A DNA stretch of 64,000 nucleotides. It comes from Chrysomallon squamiferum. Taxonomy: Eukaryota > Animalia > Mollusca. The notes beneath the pieces were generated by a model that was not told the origin of the DNA, did no database searches, and saw only the letters and a list, made by a program, of their open reading frames with translations. Positions 25,859 through 40,106 of the stretch are shown piece after piece; position 1 is the first letter of the stretch; every line of letters begins with the position of its first letter. The stretch is from the NCBI GenBank assembly GCA_012295275.1, contig CM022677.1:4402001-4466000 (forward strand). The letters are read 5' to 3'. The translations under genes and the position numbers were made by a program.

Positions 25859-26211
25859 TGTGTCTGTGTGTATCTGTGTGTTGTGTATGTGTGTGTGTTG
25901 TGTGTGTATGGGTGTGTATATTTGACAACACTCACACTGGCTATCTGAGTACATCAGTTGAGGAGGACTTTAGATCCAATGAGGTCTTTGTTTTTTCTCA
26001 CGAGAACACAGCCAAGTGACATCAGCTGAGTGATCAACATCATGTGTGCCATCATGCACACTGCAAGGATTCTGACACAGCAAGGATGCTTCACTGACAC
26101 CATCACCCATGCCTCCTCCAACAGCTCCTTGATCTGGTTAGGAGTCCCCTCCTTTAACACTTTAATAGCTACTGGAATCTTGACATTTTCTCCTTCTGGT
26201 ATCCAGTATCC
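24796..26211 (-). pseudogene. EGFR: EGFR/ErbB receptor tyrosine kinase domain fragment (3 exons), unprocessed pseudogene
   Basis: Exon 26211-25936: GYWIPEGENVKIPVAIKVLKEG..ELLEEAWVMVSVKHPCCVRILAVC...LITQLM.LGCVL..IGSKVLLN*CTQIAS. Exon 25331-25159: GMIYLEERGIVH[fs]RDLAARNVL[ins]VQTPNQVKITDFGLGKLLDYIDEEY*AAGRK. Exon 24859-24796: MPIKWLALD-RIFTHKTDVWSYG. Splice sites are AG/GT. It has two stops, a frameshift and indels. Confidence 0.93.
25350..25920. repeat. TG-rich degenerate microsatellite inside an EGFR intron
   Basis: (TG)n/tgtat low-complexity tract. Confidence 0.95.
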
Positions 26212-28018
26212 CTGGTTAATAGTAACAATAGTAATAACAACAACAACAATAATAAAACAGTAATGATAATAATAATAATGACAGTACATTCACCAGTGTG
26301 TCCAGTTCACCACTGATTTAACACTAACAGCAAACACACTGCAGCACTGAGTCAATGAGAAGTTGTAAATGAGTTGAATTGTGACCACCACCCTGTTCTC
26401 ACAAATTACTATAACTAGAAAACCTTCTCCATCAACTCAGTATTTACATCCAAATGAAATTTCACCAAAGCAGATTGGGAAGGATTCTACAAAGAATGGA
26501 AAAAATATTAGAATAAAAAAAAACCTCACACTGCAAAAACCTAATGTCACTGAACACAAAACTAAAACTCACACTGCACTTCACTTACAACATGATAGAC
26601 TCAGCTGTCACTGAACACAAAACTAAAACCAAAAACTGCACTAACAAAATATCCAAAAAACTGAAAACCAAAACTGGTGAAATATCCACTTATTGGAAAT
26701 AAATTATTGGAAATAAATAAATACAGAAGACAATACAACAAAAATCAAAACAAAATCTAAACAAAAATCAAACTACACTTGAAAAATACAAAACAGTCAA
26801 AAACATTAGTAATAATACTTGGTCTTTTTAATGCAACTTGGTAAACAGGAAAGATATCAACAGACTGGAAACCTGCATAAACCTTACAAATACCATTCAC
26901 TACCAATCAACTGCAGACCAGTTACACTCACATCACACATGTAAAACCCTTGACACACTGGTAAAACACACACCTGAACAAACACTTAAACAAAAACAAT
27001 TTAACAAGTAAATAACAAAACACTACAACAGTTTACTAAATTCCATTCAGTAAATAAAAAATTAAAAAAGTAATTACAGTAGTCATAGATTTCTAAACAA
27101 CCAAATACAAACATACTAAACAACTTGAATGACTGCCTTTAAATTGAGAGATAAAGATTTCACTTAGACAGCATGCTTCCTCTCTAATAAAGTAAAATAA
27201 AAAAGAAAGGTAACAGCAAAATAACACTACAAATAGATAACCATTTAATAACAAAGAAAAACATTCAAATTTCACATTTGACAGCCAACTTTGGATGCCA
27301 CATACAGAAGATAATCCCATACAGAAGATAATCACATACAGAAGATAATCACATACAGAAGATAATCACATCTTGTAGAAACTTTTACCAAACATCACAC
27401 TGCCTGACAGTCTCGTGTTAGAATAAAACGTACAACAAAATACAGACAAAAACTACATACACTAAAATACTGTGTTAAAAGAGTAACAATATCAATAACT
27501 TTAAAACTTAAAAACTAAGTAAGAATATAAATGTATGCATGGTTATTTGAATTAGTGTACTGTTTTAAGCACCTTTCCTATAAAGTATAATTTAATGTTT
27601 GTTTTAATTTATCTCCAGATACAGAAGTGAAGTAAAGGTTGGGGTGTTTAATCTTTGCTTTACAACAAACATGTATACATATTAAATTATATACATATAT
27701 CAACATGTATATTCATCTATACATAAATCAAAATATCTATACATCATTATACAGGTATATATAAAACCCACAAATATACCAATCTATTCATTCAAATAAC
27801 TATGTAGTATTAAAAATAAAACAAATTCATTAAAATATGACACAGTGGCAGCATGATCAAATTTTGCATAATAAAAAGAATGTTCTCAGTACTAAGGAGA
27901 GGAACAAATATTAATGAGCAGTTAGAAAGAAAAAATGTAGATTTATCAATAGTTATAATTTATTTGGTTGTGCATGTGCTCTTGAAGAATCTTTTGTGTG
28001 AAGTCACAATCAACTTAC

Positions 28019-29700
28019 CTCGTGCAATAGCAAGTTGTCTGTAATGACTCAAAGTGAAGCCTTCGTCTCAGGTGTGTGGAGTATGTTGACATCACTTCTC
28101 TTGAATCCTGTACTTGGCCAGGTAAGCTGAGTGCATGGTCCTCCACAAAATGCTGCAGAAACTGGACAACCTCTCTGTATCATCAGAACTAAGTACACTG
28201 GATTCAATTTTCTCCCACCGCATGTTTTCTGTCTTGGAGTTACTCCATGTTGACGTAGAGCTTCAGCAATGCTGTTAGTTTATTCTGACTAACGCTGTAA
28301 TAAAGAGATTAAAAAATAATTTTTGTGATTGTTCTTTGTAGCAACACTTATATTTAATCATTGGTATACTAATCAAATATCTTTGGTATATCTAGTCTTA
28401 AAATACAATGTGGGAAAATAAATTTAGAACCCCCCTCCTCAATAAATAAAATTACAATATATACACTGAAATGGATGACTGAAAAAAAAGTAAAATAACT
28501 TAAAAGAATACTTCGATTTTACCATTCAATTCTTAATTAATCATGTGTTCTAAACAGTAATATTTCTCAAATTAGTATCAACTCCAGCAGAACACCACTA
28601 CTCATGATCAATGGACTAGAACACACACTTAACCATCAATGACTTGGAAGGTTTCTCTACAGTTTTAGAATCTATGATGTAGCAACATCTCTGGAGTTTA
28701 TGTTCTGTTTGTTGCCAGGTTTTAAACATGTCATCTCTCCATTATTCCTAATACTTGACAGTACTCCAAGTAGAATCATGTCTTTGTCAGCTGCAAAACA
28801 CAAAATATTTATTTTTAAAATGATATTACAATTTAGTCAGTTACCTGTTGTTTAAGAAACATTTTTATATTATTCAATAATAACTTAATATATTACATGT
28901 TCACAGTATTACAAAATTATGCAAGCAAAGTATTGTGATATAATCTAATGGTTAAGTTGCATCCATCCAATGAACATCCTCTTCTTTTTAAAGAACATCT
29001 TACTTTAATATGTAAACATTATAATTTATATTGCTAAATTCTTTCAAAGTTCATAAATTTTGGAGGTTTAAGAAAAGGTGGATTTTATATACAAAATTAT
29101 TTTATGGCTAAAATTAATACAAAACATTTCGCTAACCAAAAATGTATTCAATGTTAAATATCTATGCTCGGCTACTATTGATATTAATATTATTATATAA
29201 CTTATAAGTTAAAACATAATCTGTTATTTTAATAATTTTTGAAAACACTAAAATGACTACAAACTGAGGATAGACCCTTTATCTATAAATATTACAAACT
29301 ATGCATTCTTATCTTCACTGGTTTCTGCCATATTCAATCTCCATTCCAGCACTTCATCTCAGTCAAATTGTAGAACTTTTACATTTTCTTTATCAGCAAT
29401 CACATCACATGACTGATTAATGTCTGGTTCAAGTGTTGAAATGAATTTTGTTTCAATCAGAGGTCTGTCGCTACTTTCATCTTCAGAAGTGATCAATCCA
29501 CACCAAAAAAAATTTAATTGAGAATCAGTGTCATTTATCACTTTCAATAACAGAAGAATCAGTAAAATAATCCTGGATAAAAGATTGTACATCTTCTGAA
29601 TCACTACTGTCCAAAATATTTGCTCTACATGCAAAATTTAAAGCCTTACTTAAAATTTCAGCATGCATACAGTTAAATGCCATCTTGGAAATTACCTCAC
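28019..29700 (-). mobile_element. Intron-containing Sola-like / DUF7869-type transposase relic (N-terminal part)
   Basis: Exon ~29700-29300 ends EVLEWRLNMAE. An exon from 28790 reads DKDMILLGVLSS...CRETF. Exon 28294-28019 reads VSQNKLTALLKLY..HGVTPRQKTCGGRK...VVQFLQHFVEDHALSLPGQV.GFKRSDVNIL...ETKASL*. This matches the recalled family motif NGL.PR.HGN...V.FI.NYAE.HA..LPGR.PG.KR.D..LLPS. Multiple frameshifts. Confidence 0.7.
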
Positions 29701-30039
29701 TTGCCAGAAGTATTACATCACATGACAAGTGAGTGAAGGGGATTTCCATCCTAGTAATCCTTTGTTTACTGTTCGATTCTTATTTTGTTCTTATACATTG
29801 ATCTCCTAGTTTAAACTCAGTCAGTCAATCTCTGCATATTTAGAAAGCCGTGAAAACAAGCTTTCCACTGATACCGGGGTGAAAACATTGGCTGAATATT
29901 GAATTTTTCACGCAGTTTTAATTAACAAAAAACAAAGAATTATCTCATTTAAGTGCATTTTTGAAGCATATAGAACAATAAGTGTTTTACTAACACAAAA
30001 TGTACATAAATGGATAAACTATCAGTTTAAATTAAAATC

Positions 30040-31048
30040 TCAACCTACTCCCAATGAGCTGATTTTGGTTGTTACACACAATTAGACAAGGTGACATCCG
30101 ACTCATTTCATGACAAGGTGACATCCAACTCATTTCATGGTGACATCCAACTCATTTCATGGTCAGGTCAAATTATAGAACAAAAAACCTACTCCCAATG
30201 AGCTGATTTTGGTTGTTACACACAATTAGACAAGGTGACATCCAACTCATTTCATGGTGGCAGGTCACAATTATAGAACAAAAACCTACTCCCAATGAGC
30301 TGATTTTGGTTGTTACACACAATTAGACAAGGTGACATCCAACTCATTTCATGGTGGCAGGTCACAATTATAGAACAAAACCTACTCCCAATGAGCTGAT
30401 TTTGGTTGTTACACAAAACCTACTCCCAGTGAGCTTATTTTGGTTGGCAAGGTGACATCCATTTCACTCATTTCATGGTGGCAGGTCATCAATTATAGAA
30501 CAAAACCTACTCCCAGTGAGCTTATTTTGGTTGTTACACACAATTAGACAAGGTGACATCCAACTCATTTCATGGTGGCAGGTCACAATTATAGAACAAA
30601 AACCTACTCCCAATGAGCTGATTTTGGTTGTTACACACAATTAGACAAGGTGACATCCAACTCATTTCATGGTGGCAGGTCACAATTATAGAACAAAAAC
30701 CTACTCCCAATGAGCTTATTTTGGTTGTTACACACAATTAGACAAGGTGACATCCAACTCATTTCATGGTGGCAGGTCACAATTATAGAACAAAAACCTA
30801 CTCCCAATGAGCTGATTTTGGTTGTTACACACAATTAGACTTTCATGGTGGCAGGTCACAATTATAGAACAAAACCTAATTATTTTGGTTGTTACAAGGG
30901 TGACATCCAACTCATTTCATGGTGGCAGGTCACAATTATAGAACAAAAACCTACTCCCAATGAGCTGATTTTGGTTGTTACACACAATTAGGCAAGGTGA
31001 CATCCAACTCATTTCATGGTGGCAGGTCACAATTATAGAACAAAAACC
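30040..31048. repeat. 97-bp tandem array (~10 copies, some degenerate)
   Basis: aacctactcccaatgagctgattttggttgttacacacaattagacaaggtgacatcc... recurs at, for example, 30601, 30698 and 30795. Confidence 0.96.
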
Positions 31049-31599
31049 AACAGTGGTAAAAGAAACAAACAGTAACAAGAATGAAAAAATAATTATAATT
31101 CTAATATGTATACTTTTCCTGAAAACTTGACATCTCAGTTTTCTGTGATTCCCTGTTACTTAGTCGAGTAAAATAAAAAAATCAATAAATAAAATACATG
31201 TGTCATTAGATATATGTATCATTTAAAGTTTTAAATACCCCAAAAAATCAATATTACTAAAAAGTGATATTTTAAATTTTTGTATTATTATTATTTTTTT
31301 ATGAAGGTAACATTTTAGAAATGACTCACCAATATCAGTGTCCTGTAAACACTCAAAGTGGTCTTCTCAAACTAACTGAATATCATGATCTACATTTTCC
31401 AATGGAACTGGGCATCATAACTGTGATTTCCACTGAAAATTAATAACAAGAATCAGAAATTAACAGAATTTTTGTTTTAACATAAACAATGATAAGTGAT
31501 AGATAAACACATTATTCAAATAATAGTATATTCTGTAAAGGTAATACTGTAATAATTCAAAATATCTGAGATACATTATTCTATAATATAACAATAAAT

Positions 31600-32220
31600 G
31601 TGCATATGTGTATGTTTTGGTGTGTTTTTTGATTCATTAAGTTATTACCCTTTAGCATTGCTATGATCCAGAATCCATGTTTTGATGATCTTCTTGTAAA
31701 AGTTCTTTTAAACAAAAGGATCAACACCTTTTGGATCCAGCATGTTCATCAGTCTGGTGAGATGTTCTTCAGGCTGAAACTTAAGCAGCAACAAAACAAT
31801 GTATTAGGAAAGGAAAGATGCGTTTCAAGAATTAAATAAAAATATTGATAACTAGGACAGTATATTTACACTGTAAACAGGTACTTTACAGCATCTTAAC
31901 TAAATATTAACTCAACTGGTCTGACAGAGTACAGCGTTGTATTTGTTGATTTAATAAACACTTACTTCAAGCTGATCACTAACTGCACCTGCTAAAATAC
32001 ACCAAATCTAAAATAAAGAAGAAATATTTTATTTAAGAACATACACAGCATGCTTTTTTTACTAGTTTTTCATATTTTAAAAGGTAACTAACTATACAGA
32101 TAATGAAAAAGAAACCCTGTTTCTAAAATATTTTTCTAATGTACATCTTTGCACATAAAAAAACAAACACATATAATCTTAGAGTATATCAGGCATGGAT
32201 CATCTGCTAGATTGTTAAAA
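31600..32220 (+). repeat. Duplicated block paralogous to ~53450-54070
   Basis: Shared unique text: attcattaagttattacccttt, gagatgttcttcaggctgaaa, aaataaaaatattgataactaggacagtatatttaca, gaaaccctgtttctaaaata. Confidence 0.92.
31649..31773 (-). pseudogene. KASH5/LRMP-like N-terminal EF-hand exon, disrupted
   Basis: AG/GT exon reading PEEHLTRLMNMLDPKGVDPFV*KNFYKKIIKTWILDH. It resembles the second half of the KASH5/LRMP EF-hand domain (L.DL...LDPEG....V..DTF..IMR.WI). In-frame stop. Confidence 0.5.
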
Positions 32221-32229
32221 AACCTTGTT

Positions 32230-32303
32230 AGTCCTCTATGCAGGACTAATCTTTGAACCCAAAAGAGGTTGACCATGCACTCTAACCACTGAGCCAGTCT
32301 ATC
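32230..32303 (-). mobile_element. Degenerate tRNA-derived SINE head
   Basis: The minus strand reads tggctcagtggttagagtgc...gggttcaaag (Pol III A-box and B-box-like). No full cloverleaf. Confidence 0.45.
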
Positions 32304-33039
32304 ATCACTATAAATTTAACAAAATTAATTAAGTGAATACTTACTGAGTACAGTTTCATTTATTTAGTTCTGGAGTACTGGTGAATCGCTACTCAGTTTT
32401 GTGAAGTCTATGTTTTGTTGTGTTGCTAATGGGTATTTTGTATTTTGTGACACTTACCTCCCATTACCATAGTGATGCTGAATTAACATTAATAAAAATA
32501 ATAACCGTGCAATGTAAACTGTCTGATGAAATTTAACTCAGATGCATTCAGTTAAAGATCCTTTATTGGTATATAAAATACTGACCAGTATATAAGAATC
32601 TATTAAAGCCTGAAATCCTCCATTTAAGTAATACAAATACATGTACAAAGGTCTGTACACTAAAACTGAATTTTACAAATCCCAATTCTTTGAGTAAAAT
32701 ACATTTCATAAATTTGTATAATAAAAGATTTAATACAATTTTGGCCATGCAACGTAAATTAAAAACTCTCACAAAACAATTTCTGCTTCCTAACTGTTCA
32801 GCAGCTGTCCTGTCTCTGTCAGTCTGATCATTTCAAACCAGAAGAACAGCTCTGTGAGAAAGTCTACAAGGTTTTATTGTCTACCATCTCGAGTGTACAG
32901 GATATCCTCCTGGCTGCTGGCAGTTCCAGACTAGCAAAAATAATGTTAAACATTTTTAAGGACTCATAAAATATAATGCTTCTTCTTTTAATTTAAAATA
33001 CAGAAATTTACACCAAAATAATCACATCTATATGAATGG

Positions 33040-33094
<55 letters not shown>

Positions 33095-33964
33095 AAAAGT
33101 CAGCGAGAGAATTGTACATGATATAAAATGTAATGTGTGTCATAAAATATTAATGTATTACAAAATGCAATTTCCTACATTAAATTAAATCAAACTTCAT
33201 TAGGTTTAGAATAATAAGAAATACATAAGAAATACATAAGAAATACACAGAACTGACGTAATTCAGACCTTGTACATTCATAGGTTTATAATGTTTATAA
33301 TACATATGATGAAGCAAATAATGTCAACCATTAGCTGTAGATACAGAGGTAAATAGTTTTGGATGTCATAGTATTAGTCATATTATTTGCATTTAAGACT
33401 CCTATGGCATATATACACAAACATTAAAAAATATCATTTCAGTAGCGTTTTGTACAATAGTGTATTATATCTCTTGTGATTATGATTACAAATTATTTAT
33501 GTGTGTGTGTGTGTGTGAATGTGTGTGTTAAATATTATAACAAATAATTTTATTAATATTTTACAGTGTCTACATACGAAATAACCTGATCATATTTTTC
33601 TTAATTTTTTATTTATCATTACTTGTTTTAGATGTTAAAATACAGCTATATAGATATTTAGGTTAAATAATATGAAAGCAGTCAATGCCCCACCCATTAC
33701 AACCTTTAATATGGTTAAAAAATCATTTAAATATGTTTAATAATGTATAGAATAATAGAGCAAGTCAGCAATTTAAAAAATAAATCATAAATGAACTGAC
33801 AGAAAACCACCTGTCAAACAAAATTAGCATATTTTCTTTTAACACTTTTATTAGTTTATTTAAAAAAAAAAAAAAAAAAATTAATTGAGTGTCTTTTGAA
33901 AAAAATATAAATTAAAAAAAATTAAAAAATCAATAAACCAATAAATTCAAATAATTATTGTTTC

Positions 33965-34455
33965 GAAATAAGATGGCTGCCATCACTTGGCTTTGACATG
34001 TAAATTATAATTAAATAAAACAAAAAAATCTAAGTAATAATAAATAATAATACCTGTCTCCTGCACAAAATGAAATGCTTTAAGCAACTTTTTGTTGGAT
34101 CATTATGCGATTACACCAATTCTGTGTAAAGATTCATCGAACATCAAATAAAATAGTAAGTCCGTAAGACCGACAATCATCCCGCATTTATCCGCAAATA
34201 CAGCACTAAAAAAAAAAAATAATAATAATAATAAAAATAAATAAATATAATTCAAAACTAATAAAATAAATAAAGGAAACAACCTTATTAAAATATAATA
34301 ATAAATCGATGAGTTTATTTTTTTTTTTTTTTTTTTTTTTTTTTGTTTTGTTTTTAATCTTATTTTAGCCAATCACAAAGCTTAGAACTCACTCTACATT
34401 AAGTTGCTTAGTATTGTCCAGGAATTTACCAATGTTTGATATAGGTCTGAAAAAA
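33965..34455 (+). repeat. Duplicated block paralogous to ~47605-48125
   Basis: Shared aagatggctgccatca, aattctgtgtaaagattc..cgaacatcaaa and cttagaactcac..aagttgctta.tattgtcc.ggaatttaccaa.gtttgatataggtctgaa. Confidence 0.85.
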
Positions 34456-34468
34456 AAAAAAAAAAAAA

Positions 34469-34506
<38 letters not shown>

Positions 34507-35271
34507 TAAAACATTTACAACTATGACAAATACGGAAATCAATACTCTTTTTTTGTTGTTGTATATCTGCATTGTGTGTGTGTGTGTGTGTGTTAATTTT
34601 CAAAAGTACCAACTTTATATATATTTAGGATGCAACAAAATTGAAATTCCACAATGAATTTCTTCACGTATAGAATCACAGTACTATATAATCTTGGAAA
34701 AGAAAATTTCTGAAAGTGAGTTGATATGTTTACATGTAAGAAATAATGTTTGTTTCTGATGTATATTTCTGAAGTTATTGTATTATTATTATTATTATCA
34801 TTATTATTATTATTACTACTGTTATTTTTATTATTACTGTTGTAATTATTGTAATTGTTGTTATTATTATTATAATATTATTTCTATATTTATTATTATT
34901 ATAGTCATTATTTATTATTATTATTATTTTATTACTATAGAGGTTATTATTGTTATTATCATTATTATTATTATTACTGTTGATATTGGTAATTTTTAAA
35001 CTCTTTTTCTTTATTCTTGACTAATTTGTAATTATTATTATTGTTCCTACAGTTGTAGCAGTAGTAGTGCTAGTAGTAGTATTAGTGTGGTTGCTATTAC
35101 CCATAATAGTTGTCTTAGTAGTAAATAAAGAGTATTTAGTAACAGTTTATACAATAACATTTATGGTTACATGTAATTATTACAACAGCAGCTGTTATTA
35201 TTTTTATTTTTGTTATAGATGTTGTACTATGTTGTTGTTGTTATAATTTCAGAACTGTGAAACTCCAGCAG

Positions 35272-35615
35272 GAAAACTACAGACAAGATGAGACAAGAGC
35301 AAGAAAACTACAGACAAGATGAGACAAGAGCAAGAAAACTACAGACAAGATGAGACAAGAGACAAGAAAACTAAGACAAGATGAGACAAGAGCAAGAAAA
35401 CTACAGACAAGATGAGACAAGAGCAAGAAAACTACAGACAAGATGAGACAAGAGCAAGAAAACTACAGACAAGATGAGACAAGACAAGATGAGACAAGAA
35501 AGAAAACTACATTAGATGAGACAAGAGCAAGAAAACATCAAGAAAACTAAACAAGATGAGACAAATAAAGATGAGACAAGAGCAAGAAAACTACAGATAA
35601 GATGAGACAAGGTGA
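35272..35615. repeat. 31-bp minisatellite
   Basis: gaaaactacagacaagatgagacaagagcaa repeated about 7 times cleanly, then degenerate. Confidence 0.95.
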
Positions 35616-35854
35616 GACAAACTGTGATTATTACATTTCTCATCTTATTAAACATTATAATAAATATGTTTTTGTTGTGTTCAGAGTTGTGACAGTAAAT
35701 TTCTAATTTTATTTTTAGATTTTTCTTGGAATATAAATTTGGCAGACTAAAAGTATATAAAACTGACAGAAGGAACATCACCTGGAGTCAAAAGAAAACT
35801 CAACATTTCAGATGACGACAACAGTTCTACATCAGCTGAGTTTGTTACTGATTC

Positions 35855-36110
<256 letters not shown>

Positions 36111-37630
36111 TGTTATTAGTAGTAGTAATATCAGTAGTAGTAGTATCATTAATGCTTTTCTCATTATTCTTTATTTCCTTTTTTCTTTAATTCTTTTTCT
36201 CATTATTATTATTGTTGCAGTATCTGTAAAATTAATACATTTAGTACTAGCATAATGATAGTTCATAGTTATAATATTATTAATGCTTTTCTCGTTATTG
36301 CTTTTCATTTTGGGTAAATTGTTATTATTAGTGTTATAGTAATAGTTGCATTAATCATTAAATGATTTCTGATGTAGTAATAGACGTATACAAGAATCAG
36401 CAAACATTTCACATAATTATTATTATTTATATTGTTATTCTTATAGTTCTTGTTGGTGTTGTAATTATAATTATTTTGTTGATGATGCTATTATTGTTTT
36501 GTGTTATTACTTTATATTTATTGTTATTATTATTATTATTATTGTTGTTGTTGTTCTCAGGACTGTGGAGGTACATCAAAGTACAGAAGACTTGTGATGA
36601 GAAGAGAACTCCGGTGAAAGTTTGTGAAGTAAACTGATAATCTAAGACAAAGGTTGAAAGCTCTGATGAGGAAAACAGTCTGACACAGGTAATATTATTT
36701 TGTTTTATATAATATACCTGGTTTCTTTACTTATTAATTAAATGTTATTTGTTTTATTTACTTATTTTTTTTATGATTAACAATATTTGTATGCATGTGA
36801 TTTAAACAGGAATAACAATTTTTTTTTTAATGTTTTTACTAAATACGTTTTTACAAAACATAATCTGTGATATCCATTTGTTGCAGATTGTGGAAAAACA
36901 TTTCCAACATTCTTAATCACCTTCTATTTTTATTTTGAAGTATCTGAATGCAAGTAAATAAATAAATAAAAATACAAACATACAAAGATTACAAGTAAAT
37001 TTATTGTTTTAGGCTGTTAAGGATTTAATTCCTACACCAAACATTGCACCATTGCTTGAAAATTGGCTTTCTTTCACAAAAACATCTACAAAGCCAAGCC
37101 TAAAAGCTCCACCTTTACTGTTTCCAATGACAGACTAAAATGGCAGACTCACATTAACAGTTTTAGAGCAGGTTTTCTCATCCGAAACAAACTAGTAATC
37201 TGTTACCCATAACATTTACTTTTTTTTGTTTTTACTGAAACAAAATATGAATGAAATCCATAAAAGATATTTAAGAATTTGTTTTACCCATTACTTATGA
37301 AATATTTCAGTTAAGGCATAAACAATTATTTAAATTATTTTTAAACTTTTATCATTAACTTTTTGTTTTCAATGTTTCAAATTTGATTTATTTATTTACA
37401 TCATTATCTGTGTATAAAAATAATGTAAAAAGTTATAAGTCTATTGAATACATTATTATTTTTTATATACATGCAGATATTATAATTTATAAACTGTGTG
37501 TTTCTTTGAATTGCAGCTGTTTTGTCTTAGACTGGCCCAGTGGTTGTTGTGAGGAGGATCACAGGAAGCCATTCACAGCCATTACAGGAAGCAGATCATC
37601 TTCCAGACTGGGTCAGAGAAAACCAGTCAG

Positions 37631-38080
37631 CTGTCAAACAGGCTTGTTACACTTCACTGTCAAACAGACTTGTTACACTTCACTGTCAAACAGACTTGTT
37701 ACACTTCACTGTCAAACAGGCTTGTTACACTTCACTGTCAAACAGGCTTGTTACACTTCACTGTCAAACAGGCTTGTTACACTTCACTGTCAAACAGACT
37801 TGTTACACTTCACTGTCAAACAGGCTTGTTACACTTCACTGTCAAACAGGCTTGTTACACTTCACTGTCAAACAGGCTTGTTACACTTCACTGTCAAACA
37901 GGCTTGTTACACTTCACTGTCAAACAGGCTTGTTACACTTCACTGTCAAACAGGCTTGTTACACTTCACTGTCAAACAGACTTGTTACACTTCACTGTCA
38001 AACAGACTTGTTACACTTCACTGTCAAACAGGCTTGTTACACTTCACTGTCAAACAGGCTTGTTACACTTCACTGTCAAA
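37631..38080. repeat. 26-bp minisatellite (~17 copies)
   Basis: ctgtcaaacagRcttgttacacttca repeated head-to-tail, with two variants (g/a). Confidence 0.97.
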
Positions 38081-38677
38081 TCTGAGCAAAGTTTGCCAGT
38101 CATTATCAAATTAACTATGTTAATCTGTGCATGTGAATGTTCCAGCTGTTTATGTGTATTTTTGTATGTGTATATATGTCTGTGAGTATCTATGTGTATG
38201 TTTATGTCTCTGTGTGTATGTGTATATATATGTCTGTATGTTTGAATGTGTATGTATATATGTGTGTGTTTTAGTTTGTATATGTCTGTGTGTCTGTATA
38301 TGTAAGAATATGTGTGTATATATGTGTGTTATATGTCAGTGTATGTGTGTGTATTTGTGTGTGTATGCATGTCAGTTGTGTGTATGTGTGTATTTGTGTA
38401 TGTATATGTCAGAGTGAGTATGTGTGTGTGTCTGTGTGTGTATGTGTGTCTCTATGTAGGTCTGTGTGTAGATAGATATGCATCTCAGTATGAAATCAGG
38501 GATAGTTGTGCTGAAATAGGGAAACAGAGAAAGATTCAAAGATGGATTGATCAACAGATGGTGAAAAAGAGGTTGACTGATGGAGATATAGGGAGATAAC
38601 TAGACAGGTTACTAGATAGATAATTAGAAAAAAAGAAAGGTAGATAGACAGGTGGGTAGGTAGGTAGATAGGTCAAG

Positions 38678-39195
38678 TACTTATTTACTTAATATTGCTA
38701 ATATCACGTTACTGTACAGTATTTATTTACTTAATGTTGCTAATATCACGTTACTGTACAGTATTTATTTACTTAATATTGCTAATATCACGTTACTGTA
38801 CAGTATTTATTTACTTAATGTTGCTAATATCACGTTACTGTACAGTATTTATTTACTTAATATTGCTAATATCACGTTACTGTACAGTATTTATTTACTT
38901 AATATTGCTAATATCACGTTACTGTACAGTATTTATTTACTTAATATGTATTTATTGCTAATATTTACGTTACTGTACATCACGTTACTGTTTTTATTTA
39001 CTTAATACCTAATACGTTACTGTACAGTATCACGTCACGTTTACTGTACAGTATTTATTTATTTATTATCACGTTACTGTACAGTATTTATTTACTTAAT
39101 ACTGCTAATATCACGTTACTGTACAGTATTTATTTACTTAATGTCTGGTATTTATTTACTTATATCAGTATTTACTAATATCACGTTACTGTTAT
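38678..39195. repeat. 42-bp minisatellite
   Basis: tattgctaatatcacgttactgtacagtatttatttacttaa about 6 times cleanly, then degenerate. Confidence 0.95.
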
Positions 39196-39822
39196 TTATT
39201 TATTTATTTAATACTAGATTATTTACTTACAGATTCATCATATTTTATTGAACAGTATGTATTTACAATGAATATCAGTATTTATTTACGAACAGATTCA
39301 TCATATTTCACAGAATATAGTCGTCTACAGAGAGAAAGAATGAAAAATAAAAATAAAAATGAAATAAAGTATAATGATTTTGTATAAAAACATTTTGTAT
39401 CTATTAAAACTGACATTTATTCAAACACATTCATAAAATAAAATAAAAAAAATATAAATATTGTAATATCATAATAAAAAATAGAAATGACATAAAATGT
39501 TTTAACATGGCCAGTTTGGATACACGATTAATGAGTAGTGACATCTAACTTGTATGTATTTTGAAGAAGAAACAGAGCTGCAGACAACCCTTCTAAATCT
39601 TCATAACGTGAGAGGTGCGCCACTTCTAAATGACAGCTGTAATGCACATTTTAAACTTCTTTTTTTTCCTGTTTTCTTGAGGAGTATTTTTTATTTTATT
39701 TTTTGTCTGTATGTTACTTTATTCAATAATTTCCATAATACAGGTAGACACACAGACAGACAAATAGAAAAATAGGTAGATACATATAATGAAAGGATAA
39801 CAGAAACATAACGCACCAAACG

Positions 39823-39903
<81 letters not shown>

Positions 39904-40106
39904 AATACAAAAACAAACGTACAACAAATAAGAGAAAGTAAACATAAGAAAATACACAAGTAAAATGAAATATAAAATAATGAAACATGTTGTTTTATCC
40001 CTCCTTCCACCAATTTAATCTGACATATGTTTAGAATTAAATCATCATAAGTCTATTTTTAAACGAGATATTAAGTATTTATATCAGTAGTAGGATACCT
40101 TCAAAT

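Noticed and set aside
32230-32303. Functional tRNA gene
   Set aside because: Only A/B-box-like motifs are present, with no acceptor stem or anticodon arm.
37631-38080. 26-bp and other regular repeats as a CRISPR array
   Set aside because: Units are head-to-tail with no unique spacers, there are no cas genes, and the context is eukaryotic.
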